NCBI GenBank assembly: GCA_963708025.1
Contig: CAVPSB010000031.1
Span: 64,001 to 128,000, forward strand
Length of the DNA stretch: 64,000 bases
Direction of reading: 5' to 3'
Source: an uncultured Candidatus Rokubacteria bacterium
Lineage (GTDB): Bacteria > Methylomirabilota > Methylomirabilia > Rokubacteriales > DASRDR01
Below the pieces are notes generated by a model, which did no database searches, was not told the DNA's origin, and saw nothing but the letters and a program-made list of their open reading frames with translations. Position numbers and translations under genes: made by a program. Shown piece after piece: positions 39,746 to 49,129 of this stretch. Positions within the stretch are counted from its first letter, which is position 1; each line of letters begins with the position of its first letter.

Positions 39746-41134
39746 ATGCTGGAACGGATTCGCGACCTGTGGCGAACGCTGGACCTGGCCACGCGCCCGG
39801 TCCACCCGGACCTGGAAGCGGCGCTGGCGCGGCGCTGGGAGGAGCTTCCCGCGCACGTGAAGACACCCGCCCAGGCCCTCGGCCGCCGGACCATGGGCTG
39901 CGAGGGGACGCACGGTGTCTTCCCCCGCTGCAACCTGGCGTGCACACCCTGCTATCACTCCCGCGACGCGAACCGCGTCCGGACCGACGGCGCTCACACG
40001 GTGACCGAGGTCGATCGCCAGATGGCCTACCTCCGGGAGCGGCGCGGCCCCGGCCAGCACGCCCAGCTCATCGGCGGCGAGGTGAGCCTCCTGTCTCCGG
40101 ATGCCCACGCCGGCGCGCTCCAGGCCATGCTCCGCCACGGGCGGAAGCCGATGAGCCTGAGCCACGGCGACTTCGACTACGAGTACCTGGAGCGGCTCGT
40201 GCTCGGGCCCGACGGCCGGCCGCGCCTCTCCCACATCGCGTTCGCGGGGCACTTCGACTCCATGATGTTCGGCCGCCGGGGGATCACGCGGGCTCGCAGC
40301 GAGCGTGAGCTGAACCCGTACCGGCAGCGCTTCTGCGAGATGTTCCAGCGGCTCGAGCGGGAGCACGGGGTCACGCACTACCTCGCCCACAACATCACGG
40401 TGACCCCGCGCAACGTCGACCAGATCGCCGAGATCGTCCGCGACTGCTGGGACATGGGCTTCCGCATGTTCTCGTTCCAGCCGGGCGCCTTCATCGGCAA
40501 CACCTCCCGCTGGAAGGACGACTACCGGGACCTGGCCGGCGACCGCGTGTGGACGGAGATCGAGCGCGGGGCCGGCGCCCGCCTGCCGTTCCGCATCTTC
40601 CAGAACGGCGACGAGCGCTGCAATCGAGTCGCCCACGGCTTGCAGGTCGGGGAGCGCTGGGTGCCGTTCATGGACGACCTGGTGCCGGGCGACGTCAAGG
40701 CCCGCGACCTGCTCTATTCCGCCATCGGCGGCATGGACTTCCAGGTCCCGCGGGCCATCCTTCTCGCGAAGCTCACCCGGGTCGTCGCCCGGGTCCCGCG
40801 GGCCCTCCCGGCCGCGCTGGCCTGGGGCGCCCGGCTCGTCAGGCGCGCCGGCCCGGCCGCCTGGCTCCGGCACGGCGTCCGCCCCCTCACGTTCGTGATG
40901 CACAGCTTCATGAACGCCGAGGACGTCCGTCCGGCCTGGGAGGGGCTCCGGCGTGGCGTGCTGTCGGACGACCCGCGCATCCGGGCCACCCAGGAGCGCC
41001 TCCAGGCGTGCTCCTACACGATGGGCCATCCCGACTCGGACATGCTGGTGCCGGCGTGCGTCCAGCACTCGGTGCTCGATCCGGAGGAGAACCGGGCGCT
41101 GCAGAAGCTGTTGCCCCTCGTCCCGGGGACGTGA
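39746..41134 (+). CDS. radical SAM protein with auxiliary C-terminal Cys motifs
   Basis: CNLACTPCY (CxxxCxxC), IGGEV, SFQPGAFIG, DERC, HSFM, ERLQAC..LVPAC. Confidence 0.9.
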   Translation: MLERIRDLWRTLDLATRPVHPDLEAALARRWEELPAHVKTPAQALGRRTMGCEGTHGVFPRCNLACTPCYHSRDANRVRTDGAHTVTEVDRQMAYLRERRGPGQHAQLIGGEVSLLSPDAHAGALQAMLRHGRKPMSLSHGDFDYEYLERLVLGPDGRPRLSHIAFAGHFDSMMFGRRGITRARSERELNPYRQRFCEMFQRLEREHGVTHYLAHNITVTPRNVDQIAEIVRDCWDMGFRMFSFQPGAFIGNTSRWKDDYRDLAGDRVWTEIERGAGARLPFRIFQNGDERCNRVAHGLQVGERWVPFMDDLVPGDVKARDLLYSAIGGMDFQVPRAILLAKLTRVVARVPRALPAALAWGARLVRRAGPAAWLRHGVRPLTFVMHSFMNAEDVRPAWEGLRRGVLSDDPRIRATQERLQACSYTMGHPDSDMLVPACVQHSVLDPEENRALQKLLPLVPGT

Positions 41135-41988
41135 CCGGGCTCGTCGTTGACTCGGACAACGGGCTCGGCTCTCCGCGGGGTGACGTTGACGACGGGCTGG
41201 CCCTGGCCGCCCTCTTTCGCAGCGGGCTCCCGATCGCGGCCCTCGCCAGCGTCTTCGGCAACACGGAGGAGTGGCGGGCGCGCGCGAACCACCGCGCGCT
41301 GGCCGCGCTCTGTGGCTACGCGGGCCCCGTTCTCGCCGGCGCCGCCGGCCCCTTGCGGGCGCGGGCCCCGCTGTCGGAAGCGTCGCGGTTTCTCCTCGCC
41401 GGGCCGGGCCCCTGGCGCGTGGTGGCGCTCGGGCCGCTCACCAACCTGGCGGCGGCGCTCGAGGCCGAGCCCCGGGTCGCGGAACGGATCGCCGAGGTGA
41501 TCGCGGTCGGGGGCAACCGGGTTTCGCGTGGCCGCTGGCCACCCGTCTGGCCGTACGAGTTCAACCTCGCTGTCGACCGCCGGGCGGCGCGGGTCGTCTT
41601 CGAGAGCGGCGTGCCGCTGACCCTGGTGCCACTCGACGTGGCCCGGCGGCTCGTGGTGACGCCGCCGGATCTGGCCGCGCTCCCCGGCGCCCTGGGCGAG
41701 CACGTCCGCCGCCACGCGGCGCGCTGGTTCCGGCGAGCCCTCGTCGTCCGGGCCCGCCGCGCCTTCCCGGTCTGGGACCTGGTCGCGGCGCTCTTCGTCG
41801 TGGACCCGGCGTCGTGCGGCACCGAGTCCACCGTGGCCCGGCTCCATCGGAATGGCTGGCTCGAGTTCGGCGCCGGGAGCCGCCCGGTCACGCTCGTCCG
41901 TCCGTTCGACCCACGCGCGCTCTGGCAACGCTTCGTCTCGCTCGCCACGGCCGAGCCTCGACCCGCTCCCCAGCCGACCCCGGCGTGA
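41131..41988 (+). CDS. nucleoside hydrolase (IU-NH family)
   Basis: DSDNG..DVDD, VFGN, GPLTN, EFN, VPLD, VWD; GTGA overlap with the rSAM gene. Confidence 0.85.
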   Translation: MTGLVVDSDNGLGSPRGDVDDGLALAALFRSGLPIAALASVFGNTEEWRARANHRALAALCGYAGPVLAGAAGPLRARAPLSEASRFLLAGPGPWRVVALGPLTNLAAALEAEPRVAERIAEVIAVGGNRVSRGRWPPVWPYEFNLAVDRRAARVVFESGVPLTLVPLDVARRLVVTPPDLAALPGALGEHVRRHAARWFRRALVVRARRAFPVWDLVAALFVVDPASCGTESTVARLHRNGWLEFGAGSRPVTLVRPFDPRALWQRFVSLATAEPRPAPQPTPA

Positions 41989-43139
41989 CCCGGGCGCCGG
42001 CGGTGCTCGTCCTCGCCACCGCGCTGGTCGCCGCGGCGGCGGGCTGCGAGAGCCGGCGCGGCAACTTCTCGCAGAACCCGGGGTTCGCCGCCTACTTCGC
42101 CTCGCATCCGCCGGCCGGCGAGGCGGCGTCGCCGGCCGACCGGGCCCTGCTCCAGCGCTACCGGCCGCGCCTCTGGCTGCCCGCCGGCCACCCGGGCCCC
42201 GTCGACTTCTACGCCGACTACGTGGCCGCCGGCCGGCTGATCGACGGCGCCGGCCGGCCGGCCGCGACACCGGTCACCCGGGCGATCCTCAACGCCCACG
42301 CTCGCGACCCGGGGGCGGTCTTCGTCCACGCGCCGGGATCCTGGCCACCGACGGGGACGGTGTACGGCCGGGTGGATCGCGCGCCGGTGAGCCTTCCGGG
42401 CGATGCCGGCGCGGTCGACGAGCCCTTCACGTTTCTGACCTACCACGTGGTCTTCCGGGTCTCGGGCCTGCCCGCGGCCCTCCCGGCCTGGCAGAGAGCG
42501 CTGCTCCGGGTGGTCGGCTCGCCCGAGGACTGGCACCAGCTCGACCACTACACGGCGGTGACGATCATCCTGGACGGCGAGCTCCGGCCGGTGGCGGTGA
42601 TGCTCCAGGAGCACAACAACCTGCGTACTCATCTCCTCGGCGCCGAGGTGCCGTGGCCGGCCGACGGCCGGGTCCCGATCGACGTGGCGATCCGCTCCAA
42701 CGAGCTGTACCCGCACCGGCCGGGTCGGACCCGGCGGCGGGCGGTGTCCCGGCCCGATCCGGCCGGGATCCGCTACCTGATGACCGGCGAGCGGCCGCCG
42801 TTCGTCTCGGCCGACGACGTGACGGAGCCGGTGGCCGAGGTCGAGTACGCGCTGGCCTTCCTGCCGCCCGACGACGCCTTCTACACCTTCCAGGGCTACC
42901 TCGGCGAGCGGCGGTGGCTTCCCGGCCGCTCGGGGCCGCCCGGAGCCGACTTCAACACGCTCCCGGCGCTCAAGCCGCGGGGCGTGCAGATGCTCGCCTT
43001 CTACTGGCGGGACGGTGACCCGGACGACCTGGCGCGCTTCGACGCGAGCCTGGCGAGCCCGGAGCCGCTGGCCGCCTTCGCCCGCGCCCAGGCGCCCGTC
43101 TTCTACCGCCGCTGGCGATCGGCGAGGCCGGCTGGATGA
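41985..43139 (+). CDS. uncharacterised lipoprotein
   Basis: Lipobox AAAGC; coupled by 4-nt overlaps on both sides. Confidence 0.8.
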   Translation: MTRAPAVLVLATALVAAAAGCESRRGNFSQNPGFAAYFASHPPAGEAASPADRALLQRYRPRLWLPAGHPGPVDFYADYVAAGRLIDGAGRPAATPVTRAILNAHARDPGAVFVHAPGSWPPTGTVYGRVDRAPVSLPGDAGAVDEPFTFLTYHVVFRVSGLPAALPAWQRALLRVVGSPEDWHQLDHYTAVTIILDGELRPVAVMLQEHNNLRTHLLGAEVPWPADGRVPIDVAIRSNELYPHRPGRTRRRAVSRPDPAGIRYLMTGERPPFVSADDVTEPVAEVEYALAFLPPDDAFYTFQGYLGERRWLPGRSGPPGADFNTLPALKPRGVQMLAFYWRDGDPDDLARFDASLASPEPLAAFARAQAPVFYRRWRSARPAG

Positions 43140-43975
43140 CGGGCATCCTGCTCGGCGCCCTCCTCGCGGCGTCGGGCTGGACCGTCACGCCCGCCGAGCT
43201 CCAGGCGCGGCCGGCGGGTGCGGTGACGATCCTCGACGCGCGGGGGTTCCTCGATCACTGGCGCGGCCACGTCCCGGGTGCCGTGTGGATCACCTGGTGG
43301 TGGTACCGGGACGGCTGGCTCCGCACCGGGCGGCTGCCGCGCGACCTCGACCGGCTGGCCCGGCAGATGGCGGATCTCGGCGTGGACGCGGAGCGCCCCG
43401 TCGTGGTGTACGGGCGGGCGCGCGAGGGCTGGGGTGAGGAGGGCCGGATCGTCTGGATGCTGCGCTATCTCGGCCACCCCGACGTCGCCCTGCTCGACGG
43501 CGGCTGGCCCGCGTGGCGGGAGGCCGGCGGCGCGGTGGCCCGCGGGCTCGCGGGGCGGCCCCGCCCGGGTCGGCTCGTCGCGAGGCTGCGGCCCGAGCTG
43601 CGGGCCAGCGCCGACGACGTGGCGGCGGCGGCCGGCGCGGGCACCGCGCTCCTCGACGTGCGGTCCGACTCGGAGTGGAACGGCGCCACGCCCTACTTCG
43701 AGGCGCGAGGCGGCCACGTGCCAGGCGCCGTACATCTGCCGTGGACCGCGCTCCTGGACGCCGAGGGCCGGGTCGACCGGTCGGGGCGGGCGCTGGCGCG
43801 GCTCGGGCGGCTCGGCGTGACGCCCGACCGTCCGGTCATCGTCTACTGCACGGGCGGCGTCCGGTCGGCGGAGGCGCTCGTCGCGCTCGCGGCGCTCGGC
43901 TTCCGCGACGTCCGGAGCTACGACGGCTCGTGGTTCGAGTGGGCGGCCGACCGGAGTCGCCCGGTCGCGCAATGA
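43136..43975 (+). CDS. double-domain rhodanese/sulfurtransferase
   Basis: ILDAR..GHVPGA, LLDGGW, LLDVRS..GGHVPGA, VYCTGGVRS, YDGSWFEW. Confidence 0.9.
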   Translation: MTGILLGALLAASGWTVTPAELQARPAGAVTILDARGFLDHWRGHVPGAVWITWWWYRDGWLRTGRLPRDLDRLARQMADLGVDAERPVVVYGRAREGWGEEGRIVWMLRYLGHPDVALLDGGWPAWREAGGAVARGLAGRPRPGRLVARLRPELRASADDVAAAAGAGTALLDVRSDSEWNGATPYFEARGGHVPGAVHLPWTALLDAEGRVDRSGRALARLGRLGVTPDRPVIVYCTGGVRSAEALVALAALGFRDVRSYDGSWFEWAADRSRPVAQ

Positions 43976-44682
43976 TGTGCGGGCTCCGGTCGTGCGCGGC
44001 GGTGGGTCTGGCGGCGCTGCTGACCGCGTGCGCGGCGGCGCCGCCGGATCGGCGGGCCGCCGGGACGGCCGGCGAGCGGATTCTGTTCGCCGCCGAGACC
44101 GCGATCCAGGACGAGTGGCAGCCGGTGGCGCTCCGGGGGGAGACGGAGTACCGGCTCGCCGTGCTGGACGGCCGGCTCGCCATCCGGGCCGTCGGACGCC
44201 AGTCGGCGTCGGGCCTCCTGCGTCCCGTGCAGGTCGATCCGTCTCGCTGCCCGGTTCTCGAGTGGACGTGGCGCGTCGAGCGCCTGCAGCCCGACGCGGA
44301 CCTCCGCGTCAAGGAGCGGGACGACGTCGCGGCGTCGCTCTTTCTCTTCTTCGGCGACCCGGGGCTCCTGATCAACCCCAACCGGGTGCCGACCCTGCGT
44401 TACGTGTGGACGAGCGCCCGGATCCCGGTCGGCGCCGTCGTCGACAGCCCGTACGCGCCGGGCACCGTGCGGAGCCTGGTGGTGGAGAGCGGCGAGAGCC
44501 GGCTCGGGCGCTGGGTCACCGAGCGGCGCCGGGTCGCCGACGACTTCGAGCAGGCCTTCGGGCGGCGACCGACCGCGCCTGTCCAGGCCATCGCCCTCTT
44601 CACGGACAACGACCAGACCGGTCAGCCCGTCGAGTCGTACTACGCGGGGCCCGCGCCCTCTGCGAGTAAGTGTCGCCGATAA
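43972..44682 (+). CDS. DUF3047-family lipoprotein
   Basis: Lipobox LTAC, SASGL, LEWTWRV, DD.AA, LRYVW, WVTERR..DD, TDNDQTG. Confidence 0.82.
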   Translation: MMCGLRSCAAVGLAALLTACAAAPPDRRAAGTAGERILFAAETAIQDEWQPVALRGETEYRLAVLDGRLAIRAVGRQSASGLLRPVQVDPSRCPVLEWTWRVERLQPDADLRVKERDDVAASLFLFFGDPGLLINPNRVPTLRYVWTSARIPVGAVVDSPYAPGTVRSLVVESGESRLGRWVTERRRVADDFEQAFGRRPTAPVQAIALFTDNDQTGQPVESYYAGPAPSASKCRR

Positions 44683-44816
44683 CCGGTCGCCTTTCTGATT
44701 GAAAGAGCAATCGCGATACAATGGCGGTGCGCCTGTTGCGATCTCCCTGGTGGAAGTATGGTTCGGCCACCGAGGATGCTGGGAGCGCAGTGCACGGCCT
44801 TTGAAAGGAGGCGGTC

Positions 44817-45113
44817 ATGGCGGAAGGAATCGCCCACGGCGAGCCGCCGACGTTCTATGCAAACGTCGTAACTGCGTCGGTCGACCCCGACGTGGTATAC
44901 CTCGAGCTGAGGCGCTACATCACGCCGCACCGAGACATGTACCGGATGACGCAGCCGGCGGGGGAAGTCCCAGCGATCTCCGGCGAAGCAGTCTACGCCA
45001 TAGATCCGGTCGCGCGCGTGGTGCTCACATACACTGCCGCGAGGTTGCTGCAGCAGAACCTGAACGACCTGATTCCGAAGATGGTATCGGCTCGCAGGGG
45101 ATCCGAACAATGA
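44817..45113 (+). CDS. DUF3467-like small protein
   Basis: SD AAGGAGG; TFYANVV..DVVYLEL..PVARVVLT..AARLL..L pattern. Confidence 0.65.
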   Translation: MAEGIAHGEPPTFYANVVTASVDPDVVYLELRRYITPHRDMYRMTQPAGEVPAISGEAVYAIDPVARVVLTYTAARLLQQNLNDLIPKMVSARRGSEQ

Positions 45114-45575
45114 GGATCGGGCCTCCGCAGACCATCTTCCTTCACCATCATCCCTTGACTCGGGTGGTCGATTTCGCAGGCGCGCCTCCAGAGTTCCTTC
45201 GGTCGAAGCCCGCCGGGATTCCGCCGGTGTTGCCTTTCGAGCTTTTCATCGGACGAGCTACGCCCAGAGTGTCCGCGATACTCGGCAGAACGCCGCTGAA
45301 GTCGCTCCCGTGGCGTACGCGCTGACTCGAGGATCGGGAATACGGGCGGTGGAAAGCGTCGAGCCCGAGAATGGAGCTGGCGAAAGGCAAACGAAGAACG
45401 ACTGCGGCGTGATTTCTTGGGGTTGTGGATTGCCCTAGAAGGCGAGGAGATCGTCGCAAGTGGACCGAATCCCGTGGATGTTGTCCGGCTGGCTCGACAG
45501 CGCGGCATACGTTCTCCGTATGTATTCCGGGTAGAGGCGGCGGCAGAGCCGAGAACCTCCTTTCTGGGTCTTTGA
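45110..45575 (+). CDS. DUF5678-like protein (frameshift near 45297; C-terminal half absent from ORF track)
   Basis: Frame from 45300: EWSWRKANEERLRRDFLGLWIALEGEEIVASGPNPVDVVRLARQRGIRSPYVFRV..FLGL-stop. Confidence 0.7.
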
Positions 45576-45581
45576 GAACCG

Positions 45582-46016
45582 ATGGTCTTGGTCAACTACG
45601 CTCGTACGTTTGACTATCGATACTATGGCGGGCAGTCCTTTCCCATTCTGACCATCCAGCTGAAAAACCCGGATGATGAAGGACTTGCCGTCGAGCAGGA
45701 TGCTTTCCTCGACTCCGGGGCGTCCCGATCTCTCTTCTACGGGCATCTACCGGCGATGCTCGGGCTGGAGTTGCTCGGCGGAGAGCCATGGCACTTTCAG
45801 ACGAATGCAGGCGAGGTGGTAGAGGCGCGAATTCACACAGTTCAAATCATCCTTGCCGAAGCGGAAGGCGAACCGACTCCCCATCCGTTCACTCTTCCGT
45901 TGGCCTTTGCCACCGGGACCATCAGCAGGAATCTTCTCGGCCGAGACTTCTTTGATCGAGTTCAAATCGGTTTCCGGGAACATCACTCGCAGTTCTTCCT
46001 GGAGCCGACACCGTAG
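45582..46016 (+). CDS. retropepsin-like (clan AA) aspartyl protease
   Basis: Catalytic FLDSGASRS and C-terminal LLGRDFF. Confidence 0.82.
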   Translation: MVLVNYARTFDYRYYGGQSFPILTIQLKNPDDEGLAVEQDAFLDSGASRSLFYGHLPAMLGLELLGGEPWHFQTNAGEVVEARIHTVQIILAEAEGEPTPHPFTLPLAFATGTISRNLLGRDFFDRVQIGFREHHSQFFLEPTP

Positions 46017-46090
46017 AAGGGGAGGTGACCCGCGGACGCCTGGACGGCGGGCGCGTATCGCATGCAGGGCGAGGTGAGCCATGCGAAGCC

Positions 46091-46158
46091 TCCGAGCGCC
46101 GGCTTCGCCGGCGCAACGGCGGGGGGGCATCGGGGGGGTGTTCCGACACCCCCCCGAA
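46091..46158. repeat. repeat family C hairpin (46091-46117) plus family B copy (46121-46158)
   Basis: tccgagcgccggcttcgccggcgcaac resembles 50750-50776; B matches 22841. Confidence 0.75.
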
Positions 46159-46162
46159 GGTT

Positions 46163-47008
46163 TTAGGGCTGGTTCAGGTTCCAGTCGTAGTCGTGATCGA
46201 GCCCGCCGTCGTAGTCCTGGAGCTGCTTGGCCAGATCGCCCTTCGCGAACTGCTTGAGGTGCTGGAGCACGCCGCCGGTGCTCCCTCCGAAGTCCTCCTG
46301 GAACCAGACGTAGATGCTGGAGACCTTCAGCTTGTTGAACTTCAAGCTGGCCCCCCGCGGATGATTGACGTAGTCGGCGGCGTACTGCATCAGCAGGCGC
46401 TCGGTGTTCTGCCCGGTGTAGGCGGCAGGGGAGAGGTTCGGGCAGCCGAGGCTCGCGCAGTTGACCGCGTAGTGGATCTTCGGGTCCTTCCAGATCGGCC
46501 GGAGGACCCGGTGCTCGATGTCGTTGAGCGAGAGCTTCTCACCCTCCACCGTCACGACCTTCCCGTCCCAGGGTCCGATGGTGAACAACCCGGGCGGGAT
46601 CTTGACCTTCCGGATGGAGGCGACCGGGAAGTGGTCCAGGATGACCTTCACGGTCTCCGTGTTGTAGAGGTTGATCCAGTACGCCTTCTGCTCGTTCCGG
46701 TTGTAGCCCGAGATGGGGACCGCCTGCAGGCGCCCCAGGTAGTCCTCGAGGCTCTTCCGGTCCTCGGGGCTGACCGTCTTGTAGTTCACCCGGTTGATGC
46801 CCGAGGGGTTCTTGGCGTCGACGTACTTGGCGAGGAAGGCGTCCCACGCCGCGTGGTCGATCGTGCGGGTGTCGGCGGGATTGTGCTTCTCCCACCGGGG
46901 CCACAGGTCGCTCTTGGGCGGGCCGAAGAGCTGGGCATTCGCCACCCCGAGCCACCCGAGGGTCACGCCCGCCGCGAACAGTGTCACTTTCCAGACGGTG
47001 CTGGCCAT
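46163..47008 (-). CDS. DUF547-domain secreted protein
   Basis: IDHAAWDAFL, AYWINLYN, SLNDIEH, DPKIHYAVNCASLGCP, SSIYVWF, YDWNLN. Confidence 0.9.
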   Translation of the reverse strand: MASTVWKVTLFAAGVTLGWLGVANAQLFGPPKSDLWPRWEKHNPADTRTIDHAAWDAFLAKYVDAKNPSGINRVNYKTVSPEDRKSLEDYLGRLQAVPISGYNRNEQKAYWINLYNTETVKVILDHFPVASIRKVKIPPGLFTIGPWDGKVVTVEGEKLSLNDIEHRVLRPIWKDPKIHYAVNCASLGCPNLSPAAYTGQNTERLLMQYAADYVNHPRGASLKFNKLKVSSIYVWFQEDFGGSTGGVLQHLKQFAKGDLAKQLQDYDGGLDHDYDWNLNQP

Positions 47009-47027
47009 GTCGATTTCTCCTTCGTCT

Positions 47028-47498
47028 CTACGTTTCTACGATCGATCCCGGCCCGTTGGGTGCCAGGCCGGACGCGCGTCGGTACAGGAGCCATGAAAGC
47101 CCGGCGAGCGCCAGGTCCTCGAGCGGGGAGAACCAGCGGAGCGGCCGCGCCAGGAAGATCCCGAAGCAGCCGCAGTTCTTGAGGTCGAGCCCGCGCGCTA
47201 GCGTGAGGGAGAGCAGGACGGCGTACCCCAGGTTCACGGCGATCGCCGCCAGCGCCGCCGTCGCGGGACGCCAGCCCGAGAGGAGCCACACCCCGAGGAC
47301 CAGCTCGCTGGCCGTGACGGCGACCGCGACCGGGTAGAGAAACACGGGCGTGAGGAGTCCGTAGCTCTCCATCACGCGGACGAAGCCGTGGAGATCGAGG
47401 GCCTTGCCGATCCCAGTCCCCAGGATCAGGATGCCGAGCACGATCCGGAGCACCAGCCGCCCCCGGCCCCTCGACGCCGGCGACCTTGCCGGGGTCAT
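47028..47498 (-). CDS. MauE/DoxX-family redox-associated membrane protein
   Basis: GK, ELVLG, RGLDLKNCGCFG. Confidence 0.8.
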   Translation of the reverse strand: MTPARSPASRGRGRLVLRIVLGILILGTGIGKALDLHGFVRVMESYGLLTPVFLYPVAVAVTASELVLGVWLLSGWRPATAALAAIAVNLGYAVLLSLTLARGLDLKNCGCFGIFLARPLRWFSPLEDLALAGLSWLLYRRASGLAPNGPGSIVET

Positions 47499-48247
47499 CG
47501 ACGCGTCCGCTCCGTCCCCCCCACGCTCCCGGGGATCGCCGCCGGGTCGGCGGGCGGCCGCGCCGGCCCGTAGTACCAGCGATGGAGCCGCGCCGGGGAC
47601 GCCCCGCAAGCGTAGAGGAGCCGGAGCGCCCACATGAGCAGGATCGTGCGGACGACGCCGTCCCGCTCCCACTTCCGGGCGGCGGTCGTCACCCGGAGCC
47701 GGAGCGCCGCCCGGCGTCCCGCGCGCTTGAGGCGGCGCGTCAGCTCGACGTCCTCCATCAAGGGGATCTCGGCGTAGCCGCCGAGCGCCTCGAACACCGC
47801 CCGGCGGACGAAGATCGCCTGGTCCCCGGTCGAGATCCCGCTCAGGCGGGACCGGAGATTCATCAGGGCCGCGATCATGCGGAAGGCCGGCCCCGGGTTG
47901 TCGAACCGGACGTCGAACCGCCCGGCGACCACCCGCGGGTCACCGAGCGCGTCCAGGATCGCGGCCCGGGCTCCCGGGGGAAGGCGCGTGTCCGCGTGGA
48001 GGAAGAGGAGGATCTCGCCCGTCGCCGCCCGGGCGCCCGTGTTCAGCTGGCGGGCCCGGCCTCGCGCGCTGTCGAGGAGGGTGACGTGCGGGAACCCGCG
48101 CACCGCCTCCCGGCTCCCGTCGTCGCTGCCGCCGTCGGCGACGATGATCTCGTCCTGGCCGAAGTCGGCGCCCAGGCTGGCCAGCAGGGGCTCGAGGTTG
48201 CGGGCCTCCCGCCAGGTGGGGATGACGATGGACAGCCGGGGCGTCAC
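47495..48247 (-). CDS. TIGR04283-type GT2 glycosyltransferase (rSAM/arsenosugar-cluster associated)
   Basis: LSIVIPT, ADGGSDDG, GRARQLNTGA, LFLHADT, TGDQAIFV, PLMEDVEL, TAARKW. Confidence 0.85.
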   Translation of the reverse strand: MTPRLSIVIPTWREARNLEPLLASLGADFGQDEIIVADGGSDDGSREAVRGFPHVTLLDSARGRARQLNTGARAATGEILLFLHADTRLPPGARAAILDALGDPRVVAGRFDVRFDNPGPAFRMIAALMNLRSRLSGISTGDQAIFVRRAVFEALGGYAEIPLMEDVELTRRLKRAGRRAALRLRVTTAARKWERDGVVRTILLMWALRLLYACGASPARLHRWYYGPARPPADPAAIPGSVGGTERTRR

Positions 48248-48250
48248 GGT

Positions 48251-48313
48251 TCGGGACCTCCCTCCCGCCCCCCAGCCCCCCTCCCCCACCCACTGGGGGG
48301 AGGGGGGTGTCGG
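48251..48313 (-). repeat. repeat family A copy
   Basis: Reverse complement matches 16190-16253. Confidence 0.85.
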
Positions 48314-48337
48314 GCACGATGCGCCGTCACGTGGCCC

Positions 48338-49129
48338 TCACCAGGTCCGCAGGAGCTCGCCGGCCACCCGGCTCCGGCGGTGGAGCCAGCGAGGCAGGAG
48401 CGAGACGAGGACGATCAGGACGCCGGCCACGCCGAGGTACGCGAGGGTCCGCCGGGGATTGCCGCCGCCCTCGCCCAGGGCGCCGCCGGCGAGCGCGAAG
48501 GCCGCGGTGCCGGGCAGCATGCAGAGCCAGGACAGGCCGACGAACGTCCAGAAGGGGATGCGGGTCAGGCCGTAGGCGAAGTTCTGGAGGTTGAACGGGA
48601 AGAGCGGCACCAGCCGGGTGATCATCAGGATGCGCCAGCCGTGCTCGGCGACGGCCGCGTCGATCCGGGCCAGCCGGGGGTTCGCCCGCACCCAGCCCTC
48701 CACCAGCCCGCGCGCCGCGTAGCGAGCGGCCAGGAAGGCGAGCGCGGCGCCGAGGGTCGCGCCGATCGAGACGACGATCGTGCCCCGGACCGGCCCGAAG
48801 ACCAGGCCCCCGAGCAGAGTCAGCGGCAGGGCCGGCACGAAGGCCAGCTCGGCGAGCGCGTAGCCCACGATGAACAGGACGGGGGCCCACGCGCCGTAGC
48901 CATCGACCCATGACTTCAGGCGGGCGAGGGTGTCCGCCTGGAAGAGCTGCTGGACCCCCAGGCTCCGGGCGAGGAGCGCGCCGGCGGCGACCACGATCAC
49001 CAGCAACAGGATCCGCCCCCACGGCGCCCGCTGCCGCAGGGGCGCCGCCGGCTCGGCAGCCCCGCGGGAGGGGTTCTCAGCCGGAGACGGCGCGCCGGCC
49101 CATCGCCCTACCGGGTCCAGGCCAGCCAC
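48338..49129 (-). CDS. TVP38/TMEM64 (VTT/DedA) membrane protein; true start possibly near 49103
   Basis: FVPALPLTLLGGLVFG, GATLGA, RLVPLFPFNLQNFAYGLT, MLPGT. Confidence 0.88.
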   Translation of the reverse strand: MAGLDPVGRWAGAPSPAENPSRGAAEPAAPLRQRAPWGRILLLVIVVAAGALLARSLGVQQLFQADTLARLKSWVDGYGAWAPVLFIVGYALAELAFVPALPLTLLGGLVFGPVRGTIVVSIGATLGAALAFLAARYAARGLVEGWVRANPRLARIDAAVAEHGWRILMITRLVPLFPFNLQNFAYGLTRIPFWTFVGLSWLCMLPGTAAFALAGGALGEGGGNPRRTLAYLGVAGVLIVLVSLLPRWLHRRSRVAGELLRTW

